From the IMG/VR virus record IMGVR_UViG_3300017605_000956, positions 14,479 to 78,478 of that record: 64,000 nt of DNA. The stretch is one strand, 5' to 3'. The position numbers and the translations under genes were made by a program. This stretch comes from a virus. The notes under the pieces are model-generated. The model saw only the letters and a list, made by a program, of their open reading frames with translations, did not search any database and was not told the DNA's origin. Below, piece by piece: positions 1-9,328 of the stretch. Each line of letters starts with the position of its first letter. Position 1 is the first letter of the stretch.

Positions 1-150
1 ACGATGTCGGCGGCGACGTTCGTGCTGACCAAGAACCCGATCCTGAAGACACTCTCGATCCTGGGCGGGATCTGGGGCGTGACGGCCATCGCTCTTGAGA
101 CGTCGAAGCTCACCGGCGAGGCCAGCGACCCGATCTCGCGAGAGTACTGA
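1..150 (+). CDS. 3' end of small hydrophobic (membrane) protein, 5'-truncated
   Basis: Open frame 1 (..TLSILGGIWGVTAIALE..) ending TGA at 148-150, overlapping the next ATG (TGATG). Confidence 0.6.
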   Translation, partial: TMSAATFVLTKNPILKTLSILGGIWGVTAIALETSKLTGEASDPISREY

Positions 151-344
151 TGGACACCCCTCCTGCCGAGAAGATCGACTGCGAGGGGTGTTCCGGACGG
201 GGCTTCACGATGTCCGTCGACGAGGACACCGGAACCAGGCAGCCAAAAGAACACAGCCGGTGCAACGGCGCCGGCATTCTGATCTACAGGGGCACAGGGA
301 ATGGAGGGGAGCCGGTATACACGGCTCCGAAACTGTGGGCATGA
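150..344 (+). CDS. small Zn-ribbon protein (CxxCxGxG / HxxCxGxG)
   Basis: CEGCSGRG ... HSRCNGAG; coupled by stop/start overlaps on both sides. Confidence 0.7.
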   Translation: MDTPPAEKIDCEGCSGRGFTMSVDEDTGTRQPKEHSRCNGAGILIYRGTGNGGEPVYTAPKLWA

Positions 345-886
345 ACTGGTGGGGCCTTCACGTCAAGCACACCGTCACGTACACTAAGGCGGCCAAGTCC
401 AAGAACCGGATCGACATCCTTCGCGCGCTGATCTCGCTGCTCGACGGCGTCGGGTGGTGGGGAGGCATGGTCGCGGCGAAGGGCGGCGAGGCCAACGGGA
501 TCCTCGCCCACGGCCTGATGGCCGAGCACATCGTCGCTGCGAAGATGCTGGCCGACCAGCTCCCGGCGAACGATGAGGGCAGCGTGAAGGTGGCGCTCGA
601 GCTGCTCTCCCGGAACGCGGACTTCCAGGCGATGTTCTTCGGGGCGGCGTTCAACGAGTTCCCTCACGCCGAGTTTCGCAAGCTGATGACCGGGCACCTC
701 GAGGCGCTCAACGGCTACGTCCACGACTGGAACGCCGGGGACGAGGCCTCGTTCAACGCCCACGTCGCGGCCGCCATGAAGAACGCCGCGGACCTCGACG
801 AGTTCACGTCCAAGAACCTCGTCGTCCACCGTCGTCCGACTCCCCAGCCGGCGCCGGAGACGGAGGACGAGCCCGTCGCGCCTTGA
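341..886 (+). CDS. helical-bundle protein with spaced His residues (possible metal binding)
   Basis: ATG at 341 overlaps the upstream stop (ATGA); WxxHV, EHI and MxxHL motifs; the track's start at 95 is an extension. Confidence 0.6.
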   Translation: MNWWGLHVKHTVTYTKAAKSKNRIDILRALISLLDGVGWWGGMVAAKGGEANGILAHGLMAEHIVAAKMLADQLPANDEGSVKVALELLSRNADFQAMFFGAAFNEFPHAEFRKLMTGHLEALNGYVHDWNAGDEASFNAHVAAAMKNAADLDEFTSKNLVVHRRPTPQPAPETEDEPVAP

Positions 887-910
887 CCTGCCTACGGGCA
901 GAGCTATACT
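883..910 (+). promoter_or_regulatory. sigma70-type promoter
   Basis: TTGACC-16nt-TATACT upstream of ATG 931. Confidence 0.65.
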
Positions 911-930
911 CCATCTCGAGGGATCTGCTT

Positions 931-1383
931 ATGCCGGTGTCGCACAACCTCCACCTCCGGAAGAAAGACCTGCGTGCCGCCCTCCAGAAGGCAGAGGACG
1001 ACATCCGCATCACCTGCGAGACGAGGGAGATCGGATCCGGCTGCGTCCAGCAGTGCAAGGTCGGTGGGATGATCGTCATCGGCCGGATGTACGAAGAGAT
1101 CAACCGCGTTCGTGCGAACGAGGGCATGGGCATGAAGAAGATCAGGCTCGCCGGCGGGAAGCTCGGCATCATCGTCTCCCCGATGGAAGACTGCCCCAAG
1201 GGCTTCGAGGAGATCGTCGTCCGCGGCGGCAAGAACCCTCGCGTCAAAATCTGCCGCCTGGACGAGAACCACCGGAAGAAGTGGGCGCCCAAGGGCAAGC
1301 CCGCCCACAAGGGCGCGCTGCGCCGGAAGACGAAGCCCCGCTACCTGCCGGGCGTCACCACCCGGGACATCCGCGAGGGATAG
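931..1383 (+). CDS. basic Cys-containing protein (CPxG..C motif), putative virion core protein
   Basis: RBS GAGGGA; K/R-rich C-terminus; CPKGF...C. Confidence 0.65.
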   Translation: MPVSHNLHLRKKDLRAALQKAEDDIRITCETREIGSGCVQQCKVGGMIVIGRMYEEINRVRANEGMGMKKIRLAGGKLGIIVSPMEDCPKGFEEIVVRGGKNPRVKICRLDENHRKKWAPKGKPAHKGALRRKTKPRYLPGVTTRDIREG

Positions 1384-1560
1384 ATGGCGAAGCCCCGACT
1401 GTCCTGCCGTGAGGTCCAGGTCTTCGTCGAGATGGGCGTCTTCAAGTCGGGCGACGTCGCCAAGCTGGCCCGACAGGGCGTGATCTCGATGAGCTGCGCC
1501 GAAGAGACTCGGCTCAAGATCGCCCGCAAGATCCAGATGAACGGTCGACGGAGGAAGTGA
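1384..1560 (+). CDS. 58-aa basic protein sharing a domain with 6263..6760
   Basis: Not in ORF track; MAKPRLSCREVQVFVEMGVFKSGDVAKLARQGVIS...MNGRRRK; abuts both neighbours. Confidence 0.7.
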   Translation: MAKPRLSCREVQVFVEMGVFKSGDVAKLARQGVISMSCAEETRLKIARKIQMNGRRRK

Positions 1561-1760
1561 TGGCTCGCAAGAAGGGCAAGCGCCGCCTCGCCGGCGAGAT
1601 CACCGGCACCGACCTCCAGACGGCAATCCGCCTCGGCAAGAAGAACTGCGAGCGAACCTACGCCGACGACAACAAGGTCAAGATCAACGCCTGCTTCGAC
1701 GGGGTGATCCAGGGAGCTCAGGCTCTCGACTGGGTCCATCGTGGAAAGGGAAGGTCGTAA
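1560..1760 (+). CDS. small basic protein
   Basis: MARKKGKRRLAG...; translationally coupled. Confidence 0.65.
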   Translation: MARKKGKRRLAGEITGTDLQTAIRLGKKNCERTYADDNKVKINACFDGVIQGAQALDWVHRGKGRS

Positions 1761-2551
1761 TGGACAGCGTCTTCAAGCTGACCGCGCTCGACAAACCCCT
1801 GCGGCCGATCATCGGGTACCCGGGCGGCAAGAACCGCCTGGCGAAGAAGATCCTCGAGCACGCGCCCAAGCACACGATCTACGTCGAGCCCTTCATGGGC
1901 TCGGCCTCCGTCTTCTTCGCGAAGCCTCCCGCGGCGAAGAACGTGCTGAACGACATCGACCCCCAGCTCGTGAAGTTCCACCGGGACTTCTCGTGCCCCC
2001 GGCTCACGTCCTGCGTCGCGCGGAATCCCGCCACGATCGCCAACCGGAAGAAGTTCACCCAGCGGTTCCGGAAGGGCTCGACCGACACGTGCGATTACTT
2101 CATGGCCCGCCGGCTGTCCTTCAACTCCAACGGCAAGGACGTCAACCTGTCCAAGCCGTCGACGGCCCACGTCGGGAAGCACACCGTGAAGCACTGCTGG
2201 GAGCTCCGCGCGAAGCTGAACAAGGCGACGATCCTGAATCAGGACTTCCGGAAGGTCGCCAAGGACAACGACAAGGCGGGCGCGTTCCAGTTCTGGGATC
2301 CGCCCTACGAGGGTCGCGCCAAGGGCCTCTACAAGTTCGAGGAGGGCACATCGCCCCAGGCGGTCTGCGACGCCGCTCGAGGCCTGAAGAAAGCGAAGGT
2401 CCTGATCACGCACTACAACACGACCGAGGTGCGCGAGGCCTGCGCCGGCCTCTACATGAAGACGATCCCGTACCAGTACGTCTCCCGGAACCGCAACCAC
2501 GGCAAGGTCCACCAGGTGAAGGAGCTGCTGGTCGCGAACTACCCCCTCTAG
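1760..2551 (+). CDS. D12-class N6-adenine DNA methyltransferase (Dam-like)
   Basis: YPGGK, EPFMGSASV (motif I), NDID, DPPY (motif IV). Confidence 0.92.
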   Translation: MDSVFKLTALDKPLRPIIGYPGGKNRLAKKILEHAPKHTIYVEPFMGSASVFFAKPPAAKNVLNDIDPQLVKFHRDFSCPRLTSCVARNPATIANRKKFTQRFRKGSTDTCDYFMARRLSFNSNGKDVNLSKPSTAHVGKHTVKHCWELRAKLNKATILNQDFRKVAKDNDKAGAFQFWDPPYEGRAKGLYKFEEGTSPQAVCDAARGLKKAKVLITHYNTTEVREACAGLYMKTIPYQYVSRNRNHGKVHQVKELLVANYPL

Positions 2552-2561
2552 CTCCATTCCA

Positions 2562-2610
2562 GCCGGGGAGCGGCTCCTCCGAGGTCCCAAGCCGCTCTCC
2601 GGTTTTTTTT
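2562..2610 (+). terminator. Rho-independent terminator
   Basis: GCCGGGGAGCGGCT/AGCCGCTCTCCGGT stem followed by a T-run. Confidence 0.8.
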
Positions 2611-2692
2611 ATCGACCCGATCCCGCGGGGAGTCGACACTTTCGTCGGCTCCCCGTTTTTTCTCCCGGCCGACCGATTCCCCCATGCGTCCT

Positions 2693-2735
2693 ATCGCGAC
2701 TGGGGCTTGCCCCAGTCGCGATGTGGGGCTATAGT
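2693..2735 (+). promoter_or_regulatory. sigma70-type promoter whose -35 lies in a 14-bp inverted repeat
   Basis: ATCGCGACTGGGGC-TT-GCCCCAGTCGCGAT (2693-2722); TTGCCC(2707)-17nt-TATAGT(2730). Confidence 0.55.
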
Positions 2736-2743
2736 CCCCTTTG

Positions 2744-4117
2744 ATGCCAACGAAGATGCCAAGGCAACCTAACATCCTCGTCGGAGACAAGATCAGGCTT
2801 CCCGACGGCCGAAGAGTGCCCACCTTCGAGTTCATCTCGTGGTGGCGAGGACTGAGGCGTCGCTCATCTCGCACCAACCGCAAAGGCGGCCAGGCAGCTC
2901 CCACCAACATCTTCGTCGACCTCCTCACCGCGATCACCTTCGTGCCCGTCACCTACACCAACACGGTCAACGTTTCCGGTGGAGGCGCAGCACTTCAGAC
3001 CGCGATCGACGCCGCTGGCCCGAACACGCGCCTTCTGGTCGCGACCGGAAATTACGACGCGATCACCATCGTCAACTGTCTCGACCTCACGATCGAGGCC
3101 GACGACGGCGCGAGCGTCACGATCCTCGCCAGCGGTGGCGCCGGAGGCCACTGCGTCACGATTCAGGGCGGGAACGTTGGGCTCGCCATCATCGGCATCG
3201 ACTTCGTCGGTGGCGGCAACGTCTCCGGCACGCAGCAGAATAACGGCCTGATCTGCGGGTCGAACACGACGACAGGCATGGCGAGCCTCTCGCGTCTTCA
3301 GATCATCAACTGCACTTTCTACGAGCCCGGCAATCCCGCCAACGGCACGGTCGGCATCGTGCTGGTCGGAGTCAGCGGTGTCTCCCACACTGGCGTCGAG
3401 ATCAGCGGCTGCACATTCACGAACGTCGGATGCAGCACGAGCGCCGGCCTCAGCAACCTGGGCGTCATCACGGTCGCTGGCTTCGACAACTCCGTCTTCA
3501 TCCGGAACTGCGCGATCTACCGTAGAGAAGTCGACATCCCTCGCATCTCGAGCTCCATGAAGGGCATCCTCGTCAACAATCTCGGGACGACGATCGAGGA
3601 CGTCCTCTGCTACGACCTGGGTTCGGCAGGCAACAACGAAAACTTCATGCACGCCGCAAGCCTCAGCGCGGTGAGCGGCGGCGTGACGACTATCCGCAAT
3701 TGCGTCGCCTTCCGTGCGAAGCGCGGCTTCCGCTCGAATAACAACACTGCGACGGTGACGATCTCGAACTCGGTCTGGTACCAGGACACCACGGGAGTCT
3801 CCAGCGGGCAGACGATCTTCCTCCGCAGCGCCGGCAGCATGACCGTCCACGACTGCGTGCTGTCGGGCCTGCTCGAGGGCACGGCCTTCAGCCTGACCGG
3901 AATCACCGAGGACCACAACTGCGTCTACAAGATCACGGCGGGACCTGCGCTCGACCCCACGGACACGATCCTCGATCCCACGATCTCCGACGTCGGCCTG
4001 AACGACTACCGCGTGACCGCGGAGCCGGCTCTCTCCGGAGGAACGGCCGGTCTTCCAATGGGCGTGATTTATCAGGGACCGACGGATATCATCTGGGCCG
4101 GAATACTGACGCCGTAA
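2744..4117 (+). CDS. pectin-lyase-like right-handed beta-helix protein (putative spike/depolymerase)
   Basis: LQTAIDAAGPNTRLLVATGNY beta-helix cap; repeated I/V-x-N-C-x-F turns; start could be 2741, 2744 or 2756. Confidence 0.8.
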   Translation: MPTKMPRQPNILVGDKIRLPDGRRVPTFEFISWWRGLRRRSSRTNRKGGQAAPTNIFVDLLTAITFVPVTYTNTVNVSGGGAALQTAIDAAGPNTRLLVATGNYDAITIVNCLDLTIEADDGASVTILASGGAGGHCVTIQGGNVGLAIIGIDFVGGGNVSGTQQNNGLICGSNTTTGMASLSRLQIINCTFYEPGNPANGTVGIVLVGVSGVSHTGVEISGCTFTNVGCSTSAGLSNLGVITVAGFDNSVFIRNCAIYRREVDIPRISSSMKGILVNNLGTTIEDVLCYDLGSAGNNENFMHAASLSAVSGGVTTIRNCVAFRAKRGFRSNNNTATVTISNSVWYQDTTGVSSGQTIFLRSAGSMTVHDCVLSGLLEGTAFSLTGITEDHNCVYKITAGPALDPTDTILDPTISDVGLNDYRVTAEPALSGGTAGLPMGVIYQGPTDIIWAGILTP

Positions 4118-4141
4118 CCTGTTCACCTACGGAGGAATGGA

Positions 4142-4351
4142 ATGGCCGCGAAAGTGAAGCTCGGGTACTGTGACGCCTGCAAGCCCGTCGTCGCCCTCGC
4201 CGTGGGCGCTCTGCCCTCGGCTCCCTCGCACGTCGTCGACGGCGAGAAGCACGTCGGCAAGACCGTCGTGATCCAGGCGGAGGACGCCACGCGGAAGCCC
4301 GACGAGAAGATCCAGACCTACCTCAATCGCCTCGTCAAGAAGTACGTGTAG
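4142..4351 (+). CDS. small CxxC protein
   Basis: RBS GGAGG; YCDAC. Confidence 0.65.
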   Translation: MAAKVKLGYCDACKPVVALAVGALPSAPSHVVDGEKHVGKTVVIQAEDATRKPDEKIQTYLNRLVKKYV

Positions 4352-4354
4352 GCG

Positions 4355-4507
4355 ATGTTCGTCAACACCTGGCACTCGGACCCCTGGGGCTCGTACTGGT
4401 TCCATCGGTGGGAGAACACGCCGGCGCCGATCGTCCCGCAGTTCGTGGACAAGTTCAAGGCCTGGCGACCCCAGCAGCAGCGAGCTCGGGATGGGCTTCA
4501 CTCCTGA
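4355..4507 (+). CDS. 50-aa Trp-rich hypothetical protein
   Basis: Not in track; MFVNTWHSDPWGSYWFHRWEN...; typical codon usage. Confidence 0.5.
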   Translation: MFVNTWHSDPWGSYWFHRWENTPAPIVPQFVDKFKAWRPQQQRARDGLHS

Positions 4508-4711
4508 ACCATCAGCACGGCTCGAGGCCTCCCACCTCGAGCATCCTAATACCCACCCCGTCGCCCGAGCTCGGTCGCACTGGCCCAGCGCGGGCGATCT
4601 TGTTTCCCGACCTGGAGTTTTCTGTTTTGTGGAATCGTTTCATGAATTCTGGAATCTCGCCCAGACTGGGAGCGTTTGGAGCGTGACGACCACACCAGCA
4701 CACGTACTCAC

Positions 4712-4789
4712 TACTCTCTAGAGAGTACGGTACTCTACTAGCACTCAGAGGAATACGGCTCTCTTACCAGCGTAGCTGGTAAGAGAGCC
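4712..4789. repeat. 16-bp palindrome plus 15-bp hairpin in a TA-rich island
   Basis: TACTCTCTAGAGAGTA (4712-4727); GGCTCTCTTACCAGC-GTA-GCTGGTAAGAGAGCC (4757-4789). Confidence 0.85.
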
Positions 4790-4847
4790 AGAGGGATACG
4801 TGTAGTGTCTCTCGTCTCTCGTAGAAAGGAATGGAGGAGGAACACGT

Positions 4848-5393
4848 ATGGGATCACAGGCCGCCAGCACCGCCGAGCTCCTGCGCGAGCGCGGATACTT
4901 CGTCGAGAAGGTCGAGCAGGTCGTCCACGGGACCTTCATCAAGCGGGACTGCTTCGGGGCGTTCGACTTCATCGCGGTGAAGGCGGACGAGTCGGGAGTC
5001 ACGGGCGTCCAGGTCTGCGCCAGCGATCGCAAGGCCGACCACATCGCGAAGCTCAAGGAGATCGAGGCGGTCTGGGCCTGGCTGCGCGCCGGCAACCGCA
5101 TCCTCGTCCACTCGTGGAGGAAGAGGAAAGAGCGGCACCCGGTGACGAAGAACTGGAGCACGCCGCGGTGGGCCGTCATCGAGTTCCCGCTCACCGAGGA
5201 GGAGCTGCTCCCGGAGCCGGACTGGCAGATCGTTCGGGCCAAGCTCGCCAAGATCGCGGAGGAGCGGAAGGCCGCCTCCCTCGCGAAGCGCCAGAAGACC
5301 ATCGCGGAGAGGAAGGCGGTCTCGGCCGCTGCGAAGGCGGCGGCGATCCCGCCCGCGGCGCCGGTGCTGCCCGAGGCGGTGCCCGGCCTCTAA
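4848..5393 (+). CDS. PD-(D/E)XK nuclease, Holliday-junction-resolvase-like
   Basis: LRERGYFVEK, DCFGAFDFIAV, GVQV; RBS GGAGG. Confidence 0.7.
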   Translation: MGSQAASTAELLRERGYFVEKVEQVVHGTFIKRDCFGAFDFIAVKADESGVTGVQVCASDRKADHIAKLKEIEAVWAWLRAGNRILVHSWRKRKERHPVTKNWSTPRWAVIEFPLTEEELLPEPDWQIVRAKLAKIAEERKAASLAKRQKTIAERKAVSAAAKAAAIPPAAPVLPEAVPGL

Positions 5394-5692
5394 TCCCGGG
5401 GTCCTGGGCTCGTTGGGGGCTGACGCCCCCAACTCGCCCACCCCCTCTTTTGGGAGCCATCCCCGGCTGGCTGGCTGGCTGCCAGTCTAACGCATTGGGG
5501 CTGGGGGCGACCCAAGACCCACCCCCACCCCTTCGACGCGCCAAATCGAAGAATAAAGCGTCACGCTGGGAGGCGTGGGGGATCTCTCTTCTCTTGGGGG
5601 TCGAGACGATGGGGGAGCCAAGGAGAGCGAGCGCAGCGGAGTCCGCGGAGCGGAGCGAGCTCGACGCGGCGAGCCCAGCGGCTCGGCCACCC

Positions 5693-5899
5693 AGCACGTG
5701 CAGAGGGGGAGGAGGAGAGAGGACGACGGACGCACGGGACCGTACCATCGTATTCCTTCTCCCCAAAGACCTTGCACGTGCATGGGTTGAGCCGCGCGAG
5801 ACGCGCGGACGCCGCGCGCTCCGCGCGCGTCGTGCGGTCTTGGGCATCCGCGCCCTCTGCACCTGCATGGGGGCTTGCAGATGCAGCCCTGCACCTGCA
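5693..5899. repeat. cluster of TGCA-NN-TGCA boxes
   Basis: Copies at 5693 (AGCACGTGCA), 5773, 5858, 5876, 5890. Confidence 0.8.
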
Positions 5900-6262
5900 G
5901 GAGGAGCGGAGCCAGGCGTCCGCATCGAAGGAAAGGACCAGGACGTCCGCCGGCGAAGAAGGACAAAAGAACCGCGTAAAAGAGCGCGGAGAGAAGAGAG
6001 AGGACAGAGAAAAGCGGACTGTTTCAGATCCGCTGGGGGAATCCGCTTTTCCAGTCCGCTTCTTTGTTCTTCCGCTTTGTGACGTTTTCCGTCGTTTGTG
6101 GACACTTTGCGTCAAACGTCAAAACGTCATCGCGATTTCTGGCGCGCAAATCGCGTTGCGCCCCATGGCGGGTCATTTGCAACAATGGCTCGCGTCGTTC
6201 GACAGTCTGCCCAGTATCACTGGGCGGTCGAACGAAGTCCGCGTATGGAATGGAGGTTCCAG

Positions 6263-6760
6263 ATGGCTCAGAAGAACATGGCGACCCCGGCGAAGCCCGC
6301 GTCTCCCGCTCCGGCCGCTCCCACCACCGAGAAGGCGGCGGACCCCAAGAAGCCGACGAAGATGTCCCGCGCCAACGTCATCGCGATGATCGCGGCGGGC
6401 GTCTTCCCGGCGGACACGCTGGAGAAGATGGAGAAGCAGGGCCTCGTGACCAGCGGCGATGGTGGCGGTGAGGACATCTTCGTCCAGCTCAAGGAAGGCG
6501 GCATCGACGAGAAGCTGATCGAGAAGTTCAAGGGCGTCCTGGCGGAGGTCAACGCCGCGCTCTGGAAGGACGCGAAGACGTACATCGGGAAGAACCCGAA
6601 GCACAAGTTCACCTTCCGCGACGACGCGAAGAAGGAGTACTCCTACGAAGCGCCCGCCGAGATCGAGCTGGCCGCGTGGGTGAAGCACTTCGACCCGAAG
6701 CAGAAGGAGAACCGCGAGGCCGCCGTGAAGGCCGCCAGCGCGACTCCCGCGAAGAGCTAA
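6263..6760 (+). CDS. isolated hypothetical protein between two long non-coding regions
   Basis: RBS GGAGG 6252-6256, ATG 6263, strongly biased codon usage, own terminator. Confidence 0.85.
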   Translation: MAQKNMATPAKPASPAPAAPTTEKAADPKKPTKMSRANVIAMIAAGVFPADTLEKMEKQGLVTSGDGGGEDIFVQLKEGGIDEKLIEKFKGVLAEVNAALWKDAKTYIGKNPKHKFTFRDDAKKEYSYEAPAEIELAAWVKHFDPKQKENREAAVKAASATPAKS

Positions 6761-6767
6761 CACCGCG

Positions 6768-6804
6768 AGCGGGGTGGCGGGCAACCGCCACCCCGCTTTT
6801 TTTT
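6768..6804 (+). terminator. Rho-independent terminator
   Basis: AGCGGGGTGGCGG-GCAA-CCGCCACCCCGCT plus a T-run. Confidence 0.9.
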
Positions 6805-6816
6805 ATCCGCACTTCC

Positions 6817-6989
6817 TGCACCTGCATGATCCAGAGCCATCCCCATGCACCTGCAGGACCCCATGCACCTGCTACGCTGCGGAAGAAAAGAACACCGCGC
6901 ACAACACGCGGAGAAAAGACCCTTTCCCACTTCGGACAAACGAACACCGCATCCCATCGCGCGCTGCACCTGCAAGGGATGCACCTGCA
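6817..6989. repeat. second cluster of TGCACCTGCA boxes
   Basis: Copies at 6817, 6846, 6864 (TGCACCTGCT), 6965, 6980. Confidence 0.85.
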
Positions 6990-7413
6990 AGAGATCCGGG
7001 GGGCCTGGCTGCGGATGTTTCGTCCGCTCGATCGACGGAGAAGAAAAGCCGCGCCTGGCAGCGCCGCGGCCGGCTCGCGGTTCTTCTTCCTCGTGGACTG
7101 GGGCGCGCAGCGGATCTCCGCGCGCGCTCGCCCAGGGGAGCTGGTTCTGCCTCGAGAATCGGCATCCGTGGCCTGGCACGGGGGGCGTTTCGCGAGGAAG
7201 AACAGCCCGACAAAGCGACTTTTCGCGCCATTTTGTGACACTTTTTGTATTTTGTATGACAGAACTTGTCATTTCTGGTCATTCTGGGTGGGGGTGGGAT
7301 CTACCCCCACTATAACCCCATGATTTCGCATGGGTTACGATTGGACGTTTTTGGACACGTTCGGCGGGTCATTTGCTGCAACCCCCATGGGTTCTATTTG
7401 GGGGGTGACGAAA

Positions 7414-8052
7414 ATGCGGTCGAGTGATGTCGAAGTGATGCGCGCCGCTGGCCTGAGCGAGGAGATCATCGCGAAGGCCTTGGCGCTGAGTCCGATCAAG
7501 ACGCGGGAGCCGAGAGTGCGGATTGACGTCTGCCCGGCGTGTGGGCAGAAGTCGATGCGCGGCGACTTCGTCTGTGGCGCGTGTAGCGCCCTCAAGGCGA
7601 AGTCCGACCGGCGCTTCTGGCAGCTCGTAGACAACCGCACCCGTGGCTTCGATGGTCGCCCCATCTACGAGAAGCCCGGCCCGCAGCAGCTCCCCGCGCA
7701 GACGCCGAAACCGGTGGCCCACAAGATCGTCGCGCTGCGGGAGACGACGCCCACGGTTGAGCGCGAGCCCGAGCGCCGGGAGTTCCTCGTCACCGTCGGC
7801 AAGCTGGGGCGCGTGGTCGTGGCGACCAGCGCGCCGCGCGCGGCAGCGGTGGCCCACGCGATCAACGAAGACCCCGAGACCGCCGGGCACGCGATCCTCG
7901 ACCTGGGCGTCACCGTGGAGCCCGAGACGGAGATCCCGGCGAAGGTGGGCAAGATGGGGGCGCCGGTCGCGGTCGAGCGCCGCTTCCGCGTCGCCGGCCC
8001 GGGAATGGAGATCGAGGTGGCGACGAATGCCGTGACCCAGAAGCGCGGATAG
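7414..8052 (+). CDS. Zn-finger (CPACG..CGAC) hypothetical protein
   Basis: ATG 7414 chosen because coding-like composition starts there. Confidence 0.65.
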   Translation: MRSSDVEVMRAAGLSEEIIAKALALSPIKTREPRVRIDVCPACGQKSMRGDFVCGACSALKAKSDRRFWQLVDNRTRGFDGRPIYEKPGPQQLPAQTPKPVAHKIVALRETTPTVEREPERREFLVTVGKLGRVVVATSAPRAAAVAHAINEDPETAGHAILDLGVTVEPETEIPAKVGKMGAPVAVERRFRVAGPGMEIEVATNAVTQKRG

Positions 8053-8167
8053 CGCGTCCACTCGCTCCCCACGTTCGACCCCCACAATAGATGGGGGCGA
8101 ATGGGTGGGGGGCGCGATGGGTGCGCGGGGGTTGTCCCCGCGACGTGAATGTGAGGAGGTCCCAGAT

Positions 8168-9229
8168 ATGTTGAGCGTGACAAGTCCACAGTATCAGCGG
8201 ATTCTGCGTACCGCTTTGGCGGCGCGGTACAAGTCGGGCAACGGAGCCTTCAACGGCTCGATCATGTTGCTGGGCGACACGGGCATCGGGAAGACCGATT
8301 CGACGGAGCACGCCTTCGACGGCGTTCTCTGCCCCCGCTGCCAGAAGCACGACGTGATCGTCCTGCCGTTCTATCTCTCGCAGATGGCGACGGAGGACAT
8401 CAAGGGCCTGTACATCTACTCCCCGCAGCACGACAAGGTGAAGCTCCACCCGAACCCCGACTTCCAGCTCGACGAAGAGTGCCCGCGCGTCTACTTCCTC
8501 GACGAGTTCACGACGGTCGAGCGTCCGATGCAGAAGTCCTCGCTCGAGTTCACCCTGAAGCATTCGATCGGCGGCACGAAGCTCCCGAAGGGGTCGATCG
8601 TGGTTCTGGGCGGCAACCGGGTCGAAGACGGCGCGGACGTCGAAGACATGGTGCGCCCCCAGCGGACGCGCATGACCTTCCTCCAGTTCGAGTTCTCGTC
8701 GGAGGCGTGGTTCGACTGGGCGCTGAAGAAGGGCATCCACCCCTACGTGATCTCCTTCCTCCACAACAAGGAGTCGATGATCTACAAGCCCGACGTCAAC
8801 GCGCAGCACGGCGAGCCGCTCCCCCGCACCTGGGAGAGGACGTCGGAGGTCCTGCACACGTTCGATCAGGCCGACTGGGAACCGCTCGTGAACGGCACGA
8901 TCGGGGACGGCGCGGCGACCGAGTTCATGGCGTGGACCGCGACGGCCGGAACGCTGATGCCGCTCGTCGACCGGATCATCGCTGGCGAGAACATCGCGGC
9001 GCCGGAGCTGTCCGCGCAGTTCTTCATCTCGGGCGTCCTGGTGGACCGCTTCGTGAAGAACGCGAAGCTGGCGGAGCGCCTGTGCCAGTACGCGATCTGG
9101 TCGGCTGACAAGAACCCGGAGGCCGCGGCGGTGATGGTGAAGGACTCCACTCGCGTCGCGAAAGACAAGATCACCGTGGCGCCCTCGTGGAAGAAGACCG
9201 TGGCCCGCCTGGCGGACTACGTGGTCTAG
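8168..9229 (+). CDS. MoxR-family AAA+ ATPase
   Basis: Walker A GDTGIGKT, Walker B YFLDE, GGNR sensor I, PRTW sensor II; RBS GAGGAGG; adjacent VWA gene. Confidence 0.9.
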   Translation: MLSVTSPQYQRILRTALAARYKSGNGAFNGSIMLLGDTGIGKTDSTEHAFDGVLCPRCQKHDVIVLPFYLSQMATEDIKGLYIYSPQHDKVKLHPNPDFQLDEECPRVYFLDEFTTVERPMQKSSLEFTLKHSIGGTKLPKGSIVVLGGNRVEDGADVEDMVRPQRTRMTFLQFEFSSEAWFDWALKKGIHPYVISFLHNKESMIYKPDVNAQHGEPLPRTWERTSEVLHTFDQADWEPLVNGTIGDGAATEFMAWTATAGTLMPLVDRIIAGENIAAPELSAQFFISGVLVDRFVKNAKLAERLCQYAIWSADKNPEAAAVMVKDSTRVAKDKITVAPSWKKTVARLADYVV

Positions 9230-9328
9230 GGACGGCGAGCGACCGGGCAGCCCCGCATCCGGGGCTGGTCGCTGGCGCGACCAGCCCCCCGTGTGTGAGC
9301 CATCCGAGTCTTGAGAAAGGAGAATGGC

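Noticed and set aside
4757-4789. GNA hairpins as bona fide N4-type virion RNAP promoters
   Set aside because: No virion RNA polymerase gene in the window and the stems are longer than N4 promoter stems; kept only as an analogy
5394-6262. Track ORFs in 5.4-6.2 kb and 6.8-7.4 kb
   Set aside because: Low-complexity Arg/Ala/Pro translations, atypical codon usage, and overlap with repeat boxes; treated as non-coding
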